Shown here one piece after another: positions 20,001 to 27,400 of a DNA stretch of 64,000 bases. The notes beneath the pieces are model-generated. The model was not told the DNA's origin. It worked only from the letters and a program-made list of their open reading frames with translations, and did not search any database. Every line of letters begins with the position of its first letter. Positions within the stretch are counted from its first letter, which is position 1. This stretch comes from Candidatus Falkowbacteria bacterium. GTDB taxonomy: Bacteria > Patescibacteriota > Patescibacteriia > CAIXNZ01. The stretch covers positions 771-64,770 of the forward strand of contig CAVZGV010000003.1 in NCBI GenBank assembly GCA_963774955.1. The letters run 5' to 3'. Position numbers and translations under genes: made by a program.

Positions 20001-20286
20001 TTTTACGGTAAATACTGAACCTTTGGGTCCGCAGATCTGCAAACTCATTCCCAATTACGGCAACCGTAAAATAAACGTCAGGATTTACGGTGAAAATTTC
20101 GGGTCTGCGCCAGCGACCGGGGATCATATTACTTTTGAACCAACAGCTAGTATTATAAGAGAGCCGTTTTTGGATTATGGTTCTGATAAACTGCCGAATC
20201 GGGAAGAACCTGATTATAATGCCCAGTCAAATCCTGATCCGAGCGGTGATGATTGCCATCGGCACAGAAGGCAATCATTCATATGA
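11053..20286 (+). CDS. Giant pilin-module surface protein B (3077 aa as annotated). It has a signal peptide, a VirB2-like two-helix module, a (GP)n linker, IPT/TIG-like repeats, Cys-rich EGF-like and Myxococcus-type repeats, Big-like domains, three LamG domains, a W/Y-rich ~450-aa block and a PT linker. It probably continues into the next ORF.
   Basis: Intact 9.2-kb ORF. N-terminus MRRFNIKNLFLLGLICLGLFVVVNFVSA | QG...TQDIRITIANIIRILLGILGLVAVIIIIYGGVLYMTAAGEVEKIKKSKQLIIGAVIGLIIVLSAFTIASFII, then GPGGGPGEGPGPGPGPGPGPGP. LamG blocks at ~15450-16015, 16036-16630 and 19140-19770. Confidence 0.8.
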   Translation: MRRFNIKNLFLLGLICLGLFVVVNFVSAQGSTIDPGLNYVGPNIGMGTQDIRITIANIIRILLGILGLVAVIIIIYGGVLYMTAAGEVEKIKKSKQLIIGAVIGLIIVLSAFTIASFIISSIQNATGPGGGPGEGPGPGPGPGPGPGPLTGFCQDPDLTSDAPYICSLSPKQAKKGDYVTILGGKFLDYDNANSKVVFVKEGDTTETEYPATIVLCASNPSWKDYEIIIEVPNDLPAGPGFNIYVKNAKGTSKDKLVGALDPSHKFTLLDGQPGPGIACLEPDAANKNLSIKVYGKRFGAEQGTSKFTFTENALAETIVGWSDTELTSVSVPATAISGNVFVTVSDQNSNGVFFRYTCNVSDDCVSTCCTETYFGKSCAAANYCLPGPGESCNGDTTGGTCQPTECRPDSVCDTTTCDCRYPQSGDPCDADLNTAACQPDAAKCGSGLYCAQASCTCAEMPQITKVEPNDGAPGNFVTIWGKGFENNMVKPEDIVFKSDFDSEAGKVGWSFDTGVSGEGEIRTDGKSYSGSSNIYLRMPQTAEANDLLSAYLEVAEALNPDLRLNEEDVLVFQFKYKGTVSQGSSFSLGYIDNNNQIHTWAYMSVGTFEDWDTYNYVIYSIPINAEKIFITLRSTGTQAEDSEMYIDDVQAFRLPEYGEVRFCGQGGCGNSDDRIARMPIFVAPFCSADGIWTDNQIIVEVPLGAGSGPLQVTTVSGLQDATNDENGEQLSDFEINTIKRPAMCRLFPAQGVYEQRVVIGGINFGTALGEVLIGGTSFNTMLRSTVPPSRWPNYIWYDQIIAQLAVPLLSAGTYPVQVKVGDEFSNPMNFKVLPNVGAPHIDAIDPVQGQPGQYITILGSNFGNQPGSVKFNNNEPLKDNWTSGDISFPAQCQSNYWHDTYIVVKVPSGLSTGLIDVVVKAGEVFSNTTKFTICAAGSGTCPLTPGICAINPKQGPVGLSGVTVYGENFGDYLNTKSQIVFNEVPVSDVIGYWTNTMIGLGSNLTAAANPPIVVPETTSGPVQVTDKNGILSNTIKFEVSDCRIDATVCAEGTKCCGTGSCLAECPVATVASCSYNWSFTTGTRTPYFGPPYVVEDSGCTNNTQSPSPWISSENNCVDALISARFRQPAQNGDVDANILTSTLIPDNIKVVPCGSADVFDDANCETAGIAGRDINPIEVENPHVLVTGGPTVTNKFTFYPKSSLLPNTWYKVVLKSNPSTNLGIKTNNDVYLDGDKDSLDGGDYSWYFKIRNSADECPIDKVLVSPPTAKLTLITQTQEYSSYPIAMNCNILNPANYTWNWWKKYSDGHEENAADTDGGYGVATLAPKTPPPQFIGSYSYKQLATPKKQGLVYVAVNIFPSEPAKYKEDTNNTLVVDFNIPSIIDFYPKDGINQAEVNSYVTIEGINFGQSQGDSQVLFGEAQAQLADCVDSWTDKKIKVIVPKAGPIQSSGLKTLATPEPVSFNNNLILGYNFDENDDVLVADITGNYQGEIVNGSKVDSQFNKALQFNGTDTYVRIGGNIQAASGSIEFWFKPEASGVLFSAMGQAGNDFTISYNAAATLGVIKNNQWNHVVYTWDQAKIEDNLYINGIRLSGINNPGLDIAGAFIGVNKISYMLGTQESGGLRINYFKGQLDDFAIYNKVLSQQEVWTNFGLTPGQIVLLNFEGTGSEILDSSLNNFVGMAVDNQNVSFRTAEGKYGQAITFDNNNRINIINNPSLSFDNQFTIEGWFKIPTLNSNTIFEANNIKLGVNSGNLRLELKLDVGNRYLNLGLVTTGADKNFDINAWNYFAGVYDGEKIKLYLNSSEKEYATVGKIFQEADFNKAYIGGIGSSFQGSLDNLALYNRALSSAEINSRLGAKDKSFIKVVTSFGQAISDFNNNGIKDPGEIYTYSNNIYPFLCALQPNFGTEGTTINVSGDNLGNNNKTIYQNKQYGIGSYIKFNYPSLPVLDNNKIKTWTNKALSYVNPFTNVDSPVIKVFATIDPYSEPYNDQENDGQFIDGMDTDYADIKPEPNGNGVYDKYNYSVYGGNGDQPELASNTVDFFQPPVIVSLSPDNGPVNQWVTIYGYNFGIFDPEISKVQFYNNITGRVIGCPDPVWFDDHIIVEVPVEAQSGAVKVITAQGLVSNEKPFKVNNNPLGAGLCAFQDLLGEPKFNGRPTDPIKAIGVRFDAVQGQNNLIFNDKQNAPIADPADWADSEIISTVPVSAESGLVYVNKKVESGRKCVGFSIASWCPSNKYDVLYTDVPSNSLPLEILNLCESGYYGTLEAREKAFPIETFTRADDNAPKIEFSDLNMGVLASDGTYLYAMYQSVNLWGYSFFGNPNEDNVMTIWKIGSGYNGTELGRVYKKYQATRKLLYPDAGTYVAELSAPTGTSSLIYTPTGLYVGYENHFKTRSWLPTTHPDYKKNWWGIAKIKFNEASSTYDWEMQEIPQGLVLDYYPTWPIVTNASSSSASNRLMLYYTGSNILVISRDNNLPGFVIQVLNNDWLQLGLTSVKNAEANFYSYNAIVNTYWNYTATYPQGVADEQYFYNIYSNRVNIIDWRTGEWVGRFGNYAAWTVEQNGVYDWKNQKYWFGTNRNDTPITWTSNPAYYSQIVPFTYDANGNLSSNHNRIYRYEKCQTPIVGFCRSDLDCQQGGMCTNSRCENGQCTPEIKSFSPLEGAVGTWMTISGCHFGCQPGQVYFSGGTSLDQVSTDGLLAGYTFDSTENNGLFRSSFTNPDISSQLVGSATISNGVLNVTGDGYLDLDNRLAQAQYFGGTETGKMTLLMKVKTASFSAGNIINLSRYIKGTNYFALQPSTGDQTQLRIYVKTKTVDRSIYSAGKILRNEWNNIAFVMEAGIGYKIYINGKLTDDVPAADLILYSWNGDTALGIGYSKFIGQIDDFFVYNQALSAEEILKFSLGAKGLELADPVCWPNWNCSSTGGYDEVTVEVPNRRTPTNLADDALTGPVQVVTAAGLVDSSNDLPLAPTPTPPTPPTAPSFTVNTEPLGPQICKLIPNYGNRKINVRIYGENFGSAPATGDHITFEPTASIIREPFLDYGSDKLPNREEPDYNAQSNPDPSGDDCHRHRRQSFI
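11125..11500 (+). other. Pilin-like module plus Pro/Gly linker of protein B.
   Basis: About 65% aa identity to the A1/A2 module. The (ggacca/gggcca) repeat at 11431-11496 encodes (GP)n. Confidence 0.55.
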
Positions 20287-23200
20287 TATTGGTGAGCCGT
20301 TTATTGATTTTGCCAATCCCGGAAATTACGATTCGAATTTAGCTGGGGCAAATTTTATTTCTCAAATTATTAAGTTTGTGACCAAAACAGACTGGGGCAG
20401 TTGTCCTGAAACCGGCTGGGATGATAAGAATATTTGTTTTAGCGTGCCAGATAATGCCGCGGGTTTTGGTACCGGATCTGAAACAGCTTTAAATAATGTT
20501 TCAGTGACTAAGGGTGATCAGCAAAGCGGCACCAAGCAGTTTGAAGTGACTTTTGGATCTTGCGGCAATCAGAAAATTGAGCGCGATAAAGGTGAAATGT
20601 GTGATGGTACATTAATGCCGACTATTACGCCTACAGAATTAATAAATATCTGCACGCAATTGTTTTCGCCGCTTTATCCTGATGATGAAATTTCCCAATG
20701 TTATGCTGAATGTAATATCGGCTGCAGTTTGTCATTCTGTGTCGGTTCTGATTGCAAAATCATCAAGGAGTTGTGCGGTAATGATACTATTGATGAATTT
20801 TACAGTGTCAATAAGGAGACCTTTTATCATGAACAATGCGATAATAATACTTTCCCCTCAGGTTTGACCTGCAGCCAAGCCGGTTATGCATCTGATAAAG
20901 TTTGTGTCAGTGGTGACAAGGCAGGGGAGCCTTGCTACGGCGACGATCAGTGCTCTGATAATAAGACTTGTGCCGGTGGTGATAATCAGGGTGCGGCCTG
21001 CACAACTAATACTGATTGCCCGCAAAGCACTTGTCAAAGCGATATTGCCTGCGTTCAGTCTTGTACTTTCCGGTGTGATACCTGTCAACTTTTAGTTTGC
21101 GATAAAAATGGGGATAATTGCGAACTGAGTCTGAAATTAACTTGCGGTAATGACCAGCTTGATATTAATGAAGAATGCGATGGTACCAATTTAAATGGAA
21201 AAACTTGCACTGATTTTAATAATCAGGAAGGAACATTGGCCTGCTATCCGCCCCAGGATCCTATTGGCATTAATGACTGCAGATTGAATACTGATGATTG
21301 TGAAGGCGGAACTTTGCCCGGACCGGTTTGTACGGCTGATAGTGATTGTCAGGCATGCGGAGTCGGTACCAGCAGCTGTGTCAAGGGTTTTTGTACGCCC
21401 TATATTACTAAATTTAGTCCCACAGACGGCCAGATCGGCACCTGGACAACCTTAGAAGGCTGTTATTTTGGCTGTGAACAAGGCGAAGTTTATTTTGAAG
21501 GAGATAAACTGACAGAATTACCTGCTGAAAATAAAAATGGACTCGTGGCCGGTTATTTATTTAACAATGATGGCAATGTCAATGATATTTCCGGTAATTT
21601 CCCAGGAACCTTAAATGGAGGCGCCAGCGTGCAAAACGGTTATCTATCTCTTGGCGGCGCCGATAGTGATTATGTTTCTCTTGGGTTATTAAACGCTGGT
21701 AGTTTATATGATGTTAACGGCAATAGCTCTGAAACATTTATTACCAGGATAAATTGGACCCAAAATCAAGATTTAAAAATACAACCGATTGGCACTGCTT
21801 TGGGCCTAATGCATATTATTGCCGTCATTGGCCAATCAGGTCATATAGGTGTTTATCTTGCTTCTCAGAATCAGGACGGGGGTTGGATTTATTCAGCCAA
21901 TAGAATTAATCCCGGAGAATGGGTGGAGATTGCGTTGGTGATTTCTAGTGGCAGCAATCTGAAATTTTATATTAACGGTATTTTAGATAAAGAAGTTAGT
22001 ATCTCTGGTCTGAAATTGTGGGGCCCGGCTTGGGAAACTACACTTGGTCAGCGATATCCTGGCGATCCTGATGCTTATAGGAATTTTAGCGGTCAAATTG
22101 ATCATTTATTAATTTATAACAGCGCTTTGTCAGAAGATGAAATCGCCAATATTTACAAATTGACTCATAAACAAGGCTTGAATCCGGGTGAAGCCTGCCC
22201 GGCCAATTGGATGTGCCATAAGAGTTGTTCTGATAAATATTGTGTCGGCGGTACAAATGACAATAAGCCATGTGCTAATAATGCTGCCTGTCCGGGTGGC
22301 GATTGCCAGTCAAATACCAGGGCATGTACTACGAATGATTCTTGTAAAGTTTGTTTGGGTGGTACTAATGCCGGTGGTTTATGCACCACTAATCAAGATT
22401 GTCCAGCTTCTCAGTGCGGAACAGGTACTTGCAGGCCTGATTGGATAGGAGATCTGGTCACGATGGAAGTGCCGAATGAAAATACTGAGGTCACCACCGA
22501 TGATGCCATAACCGGTCCAATTAACTTAGTTACGAGATATAATTTACAGAATGATACTCAGCATTTACCATATCTTACAGCTCCGTATACTCCACAAACC
22601 TCTGATTTTATGATTAGTAGTAATGAGTATCCTCAAATTTGTCTGGCTGCTGATCAAATTAAAGTAGAGTCAACAAATCCGGCTGATAACGACGGTATTA
22701 CCAACGACAATTTGATTTGCCGTAATGCCAAGATTAACATTAATTTTGATAAAATAGTTGATCAAAAGAAGATTACCAAGGGTAACTTTTTAATCAGTAC
22801 CTGCGAGTCCGGAATTGTTACGCCTAAAACTGCGTTTAATGAAGGCTTGATAAATAGGGCCATAGCTTTTGTTTTCGATATTGTTCAGAAATTAATCAGC
22901 ATTAAAAAAGATGTTTCAGCTCAGGCCGGATGTACTACTATTGCTGATTACAATCTGGAGGTTTCCAATAGCGGTGCCACCAAAGTTTCCATTGTGCCTA
23001 AGGGACTTTTGGCCCCTGAACAAGTTTATGCCGTGACAATTTTAGGCGGTCTGACTGGTATTACGGGTATTGACGGCGCGATTTTGGATTATAGTGAGTC
23101 ACCTAAAAAGATAAATGTCAACGGAACTGATCTGGAAGCTTATATCTTTGAATTTAAAACTATGGGCACGACCGCTGATCCCAAAAGCGGTATTTGCAAT

Positions 23201-24487
23201 GTTGATTGGCTTGATGTCGAGGTATACCGCAAAGCACCGATTGACAACATAAAACAGGCAGAACTCCGCAATAATGATTTATTTATCTGCGCCGGGAAAA
23301 ATAATTGTCAGTTAGCCGCTGACTATGATCAAGATGCGGTTAAGGCAGGTAATCAGCATATGTATAAGGCTTTAGCCAAATATAACGGCAGTCAGGAATT
23401 GCAGGCTACTTTCCAATGGTCAAAAACTGATACTTCTGATCCGCAAGAAGCAATTAATATTTCCAATGATTATGGCTCCTGCACAGCAGGTGATACCAAT
23501 ATTGAATTTTGTACTAATGATGCTGATTGCGGTTCCGGCGGAATTTGTGATCTGACGCAGGGTGATCTGCTCACTGAAGATCAGTATAAAGTAAAAAATT
23601 ATTCCGGGGTGACTTTTGCCACGGCTGCGGCCCTTAAAGAAGGCGTGTCAAGGTTAGTTATTGAAGCTCAAGCTTTGGGCAGCACTGTTTCGGCGCAAAA
23701 AGAATTTACAGTTTACATTTTACTGTGCGAAAATCCTTGGCCGGGCATAGATGAAAAGTTCCCGATATCTTCCATTATTAATGCTTATAATTTCCAGACT
23801 TATTATTGCCGCGATGCCACCACTCCGGGCGGACCGCTTTTACCGGCAGCACGCTGGCTGGCGCCCAAAGAAGGAAAATTAAATATTTTACAAAATGTTG
23901 ATTTTGAATTCGGTAATTTGACTTACTGGGCCGATTTGACCGGCAATGCTTTTAATTCCCAGCCGGTTTTCCGTGATTTGCCAAAAGAGAGGGGACTGGC
24001 AGCTGCCGGGATTCAGGGTGCCTGGTGGATAAATACCTATGAAAGATATCGCGGTCAGTCTTGGGAAAATATAAATGTTGTTCAGGGTAATACACCGTTG
24101 GGAATATTACAGTCTGCCGCTTTTGTCATTGAAGGTGCTAAATTGGAATTTAAGATTGGCGGCACAGCTTCTTCTCCTGCTTGGCCTATAAATTTACCTG
24201 TGGTTAATTTTAATGACACGACTGATACTAACCGTGCGGCTATACAAGGCGTAACCGCTGCCGTGTTGTTTGTTCGAGATGATAATAGTTCTTCTTTTTA
24301 CAGTATTGCCTCAGAGTCTGGCAACAATTCCCAGGTGATGACGACGAAAAATTGGGTCATTGATGGCGCACATAGGGGAAAAACTGGTATAATATATATA
24401 TATGACAATAGTACAGGTGGTTATATAAGTTTTGACGACTTAAGACAGTATGATGACAACAACGTAGAAATACCAATTAGGTTTTAG
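20177..24487 (+). CDS. Giant Cys-rich surface protein C (1436 aa ORF). It is almost certainly the C-terminal continuation of protein B across a frameshift near 20255. It contains IPT-like, Myxococcus-type Cys repeats and a fourth LamG domain (~21538-22170).
   Basis: The ORF overlaps the end of B by 110 nt in the +1 frame. An IPT-like domain is split across the two ORFs (RIYGENFGSAPATGDHITFEP... in B; ...TDWGSCPETGWDDKNICFSVPDNAAGFGTG...VSVTKGDQQSGTKQFEV in C). The module pair IPT(C.FGC..G.VYF) + LamG is repeated at ~19010 and ~21400. The annotated N-terminus is not signal-like. Confidence 0.7.
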   Translation: MVLINCRIGKNLIIMPSQILIRAVMIAIGTEGNHSYDIGEPFIDFANPGNYDSNLAGANFISQIIKFVTKTDWGSCPETGWDDKNICFSVPDNAAGFGTGSETALNNVSVTKGDQQSGTKQFEVTFGSCGNQKIERDKGEMCDGTLMPTITPTELINICTQLFSPLYPDDEISQCYAECNIGCSLSFCVGSDCKIIKELCGNDTIDEFYSVNKETFYHEQCDNNTFPSGLTCSQAGYASDKVCVSGDKAGEPCYGDDQCSDNKTCAGGDNQGAACTTNTDCPQSTCQSDIACVQSCTFRCDTCQLLVCDKNGDNCELSLKLTCGNDQLDINEECDGTNLNGKTCTDFNNQEGTLACYPPQDPIGINDCRLNTDDCEGGTLPGPVCTADSDCQACGVGTSSCVKGFCTPYITKFSPTDGQIGTWTTLEGCYFGCEQGEVYFEGDKLTELPAENKNGLVAGYLFNNDGNVNDISGNFPGTLNGGASVQNGYLSLGGADSDYVSLGLLNAGSLYDVNGNSSETFITRINWTQNQDLKIQPIGTALGLMHIIAVIGQSGHIGVYLASQNQDGGWIYSANRINPGEWVEIALVISSGSNLKFYINGILDKEVSISGLKLWGPAWETTLGQRYPGDPDAYRNFSGQIDHLLIYNSALSEDEIANIYKLTHKQGLNPGEACPANWMCHKSCSDKYCVGGTNDNKPCANNAACPGGDCQSNTRACTTNDSCKVCLGGTNAGGLCTTNQDCPASQCGTGTCRPDWIGDLVTMEVPNENTEVTTDDAITGPINLVTRYNLQNDTQHLPYLTAPYTPQTSDFMISSNEYPQICLAADQIKVESTNPADNDGITNDNLICRNAKININFDKIVDQKKITKGNFLISTCESGIVTPKTAFNEGLINRAIAFVFDIVQKLISIKKDVSAQAGCTTIADYNLEVSNSGATKVSIVPKGLLAPEQVYAVTILGGLTGITGIDGAILDYSESPKKINVNGTDLEAYIFEFKTMGTTADPKSGICNVDWLDVEVYRKAPIDNIKQAELRNNDLFICAGKNNCQLAADYDQDAVKAGNQHMYKALAKYNGSQELQATFQWSKTDTSDPQEAINISNDYGSCTAGDTNIEFCTNDADCGSGGICDLTQGDLLTEDQYKVKNYSGVTFATAAALKEGVSRLVIEAQALGSTVSAQKEFTVYILLCENPWPGIDEKFPISSIINAYNFQTYYCRDATTPGGPLLPAARWLAPKEGKLNILQNVDFEFGNLTYWADLTGNAFNSQPVFRDLPKERGLAAAGIQGAWWINTYERYRGQSWENINVVQGNTPLGILQSAAFVIEGAKLEFKIGGTASSPAWPINLPVVNFNDTTDTNRAAIQGVTAAVLFVRDDNSSSFYSIASESGNNSQVMTTKNWVIDGAHRGKTGIIYIYDNSTGGYISFDDLRQYDDNNVEIPIRF

Positions 24488-24497
24488 ATAAAAAAGT

Positions 24498-27400
24498 ATG
24501 AAAAAACTAAAAATAAAATTTTTGCTGGCTGCTTTAGCGTTGCTTTTATTGCCGGTGGCCGGTATTGCTCAGGATGCTAATTTAGCGCCTTCAAGCCAGG
24601 ATACTTTGCTGGAACAATATTTGTTTCCTGTTAGTTCGTATTTGGAAAGCGGTACGTCCATAGGCAAAGCCGCCTCTGAATGCGACAGTTATGCGACATA
24701 TGATGAAACCAATAATGTCTGGGCGGCTAGTACAGCTTGTTCGGCTTTAACAAGTGATTCCGGCATAGTACAAAAAACAGGGGATGGCAAAGGAATCTAC
24801 GGCTCGAGTTTAATGGCGTTAACTTATAAATTTAGCGTTCCTCTGGAAGGCAATTATGATTTTAAAATCAAGGCAGCCAATTCCTTTGATAATTTTGCGA
24901 ACCTAAATAGTCAGCAGTTGGATTATATTTTCCAAAATTCTGATACTACAAATTATGATTCTTATCAGATTGATCCTGCGACAAAAAGTTTAACAGTTTT
25001 AGAATATAGCGATGATAATGTAATAACGGATAACGTTAAATATGAGATGTTTAAAAGTATAATTTTCAGTGTTTATCTGGATATGCCCGCTGTTTTTAGC
25101 GGTGAGGATAAAGAAGAAAATTATCGTCAGGGGTATATCATAATTTCAGCGACTGATTTTTCTCAGTTGCAGGACGGTTCGGTCTTATTGGGCAATTTAA
25201 AGCCCGGAGAACATACCGTCAACCTGCGTTTTTTAAGTGATTATTATTTTAATCCTTCGGCTAATCCATTATCTGGTAATCTGAATACTTTTGATGAAGT
25301 TAATATTGAGGCCGGTCAGTGCGCAGTCGGCCCCAACGAAGCTGCTAAAAACTGTACAAGTAATAAGGATTGCCCTTCAAAGGTTTGTAATAAAATAAAC
25401 AATGTTTTAGATATTAATCCGGTGATTGCCGGTGTTTCCATAAATCAAACTCAGCCGACTACTGATGTAATCGGTGTTAGAATCTATACCAATAAAGATC
25501 ATAAGGATCCGGAAACTTGGTATCGGGAAAATGTGATTCAGCCTATGGCTAGCGTCAAACCAATAAAGGTTGACGGTTATTTGGGTGTTCAGGATGAACG
25601 CACCACTTATGTCAGTGCGGCCAATATTGACCGTAACAATTTTTTCACCAATATTTATGTCATGGCTTATAACCAGGATGCGGCGCCCCCCTCAATTAAT
25701 ATTTTCAAGCAGCTGATCGCCAATTGGGTTTTTAATAAAAATATTTACACAACATATACTTTAAAAACAGAGGCTGAAAAACAAAAAGATAAATTGCGCC
25801 GTGATACCATCAGATTAGCTGATATGTTTAAATTGGGCCGTCTTTTGGGAAATTATAAATCTAATAATGGCGGAAAATGTCCGGTTTTAGATGCGGGAAC
25901 CTATATAAAAAATCATTCCATCTCCACCTGGCCTTCATGGCAGGCGACTTTAGGAAATGAATTGGGTACGGTTTTGCCCATAGATCCATTAAATATAATG
26001 TCAGCCACTAAAGAAAGTCAGTATGACTGTACAAATGCCATTGATAAAGAAAATTGCCAAAATATTTGTACCCGAGATGCTGCCAATAATCCATTGACAG
26101 GCTGTCCTCTGACCCAGCAGTGTATGTCTGATTATTGTAGCAGTTGTTCTGCCAGCTATGATCCGCTGACCTGCTGGGATAAAGCAAATTTGAAATTTTA
26201 CGATGAAACTTTTTTTTCAGGCTGTAAAATGCCTAACAGCGAGGCGTATAGTGTATTTGACGGCGCTTTGCGAGTCGGCGCTTCTGACTGTAAAGAAGGT
26301 TTATTTGCAGAAACCGGCCAAGCCTATGTACTTGACGGAGATTTTGTTTACCAATACGTTTCTCGTGATAACGGACAAAGCTGTTCCTTTATCAATCGTT
26401 TTGAATATACGGAGCCAGATCTATGCCAGCCGGGTTTTTGTTATTACGATAATAATGATACCAACCCCACTAATGACTGTTATCAGCCGGGTGCTTGTTT
26501 AGCCGGTTGCGACAGTCAGGCTGCAAATTGCCTTAATACCCAATACAAAAATTTATATTGTTATTCAGGCAGCTGGCGGCAATCTTGCGGCGACGGATTT
26601 TGGCAGACTCAATGCGGAGAAAGTTGTGACCCGAATTCGCCTTTGACACCAGGAGATTCCTGGTGCGACCGGCTTTTTGGACCTCAGGATTGGTATAACG
26701 AATCAAGTATCAAGGCTTCCTGTACCTCAGCCTGCACTATCAGCGAAGGCAATAATTTGACTATTGCAGATTGCGGCGGTTTTTGCGGGGATAAAGTAGT
26801 TGAAGCAAAAGGCGGAGAACAATGTGATGAAGGTTTGGTTCCGACAGAGATGAAAAAGGGCAGTGCCGGCTTTGATCAGAATTCTCAATATATGTGTTCA
26901 GGCAAGGGCGGCAGTTCTGTTCCGGTGTTAAATGGAGCCGATTGCCTGAATTACAGTAATGATTGGGATTTGCCTACTACAAGAGAGGCTGATCCTTATT
27001 TTGATCTTTTATTTTGCTCTTCTTTATCAACAAGAAGCTATTGGATAAATAAATTAGCGGATAATTCTATAAAGTCTAACGGTGGTTTTAGGGTAAGTTA
27101 TAATTTTTCATTGCCCCAATATGGCGGTTATAATCTGACGATAAAAGCAGCTAATTATCAAGATGATTTGACTAAATTGACGACGACGCAGCTTGATTAT
27201 TTAATCAGCCAGAAACAGCCGGTTGATGATTTATACAATATTACAGGCGTTTGTCGTAATTCTGATGTTATTACCTGTGCTAGTGATGTCGATTGTCAAA
27301 TAAATAATCAGCCGACTGGTTATTGCCAGCAGGGTGCGGTCAATATTCCGGAATACGGCTTGATTGAGCCGACAGATAACAGAAAATATGATTTACTGCG

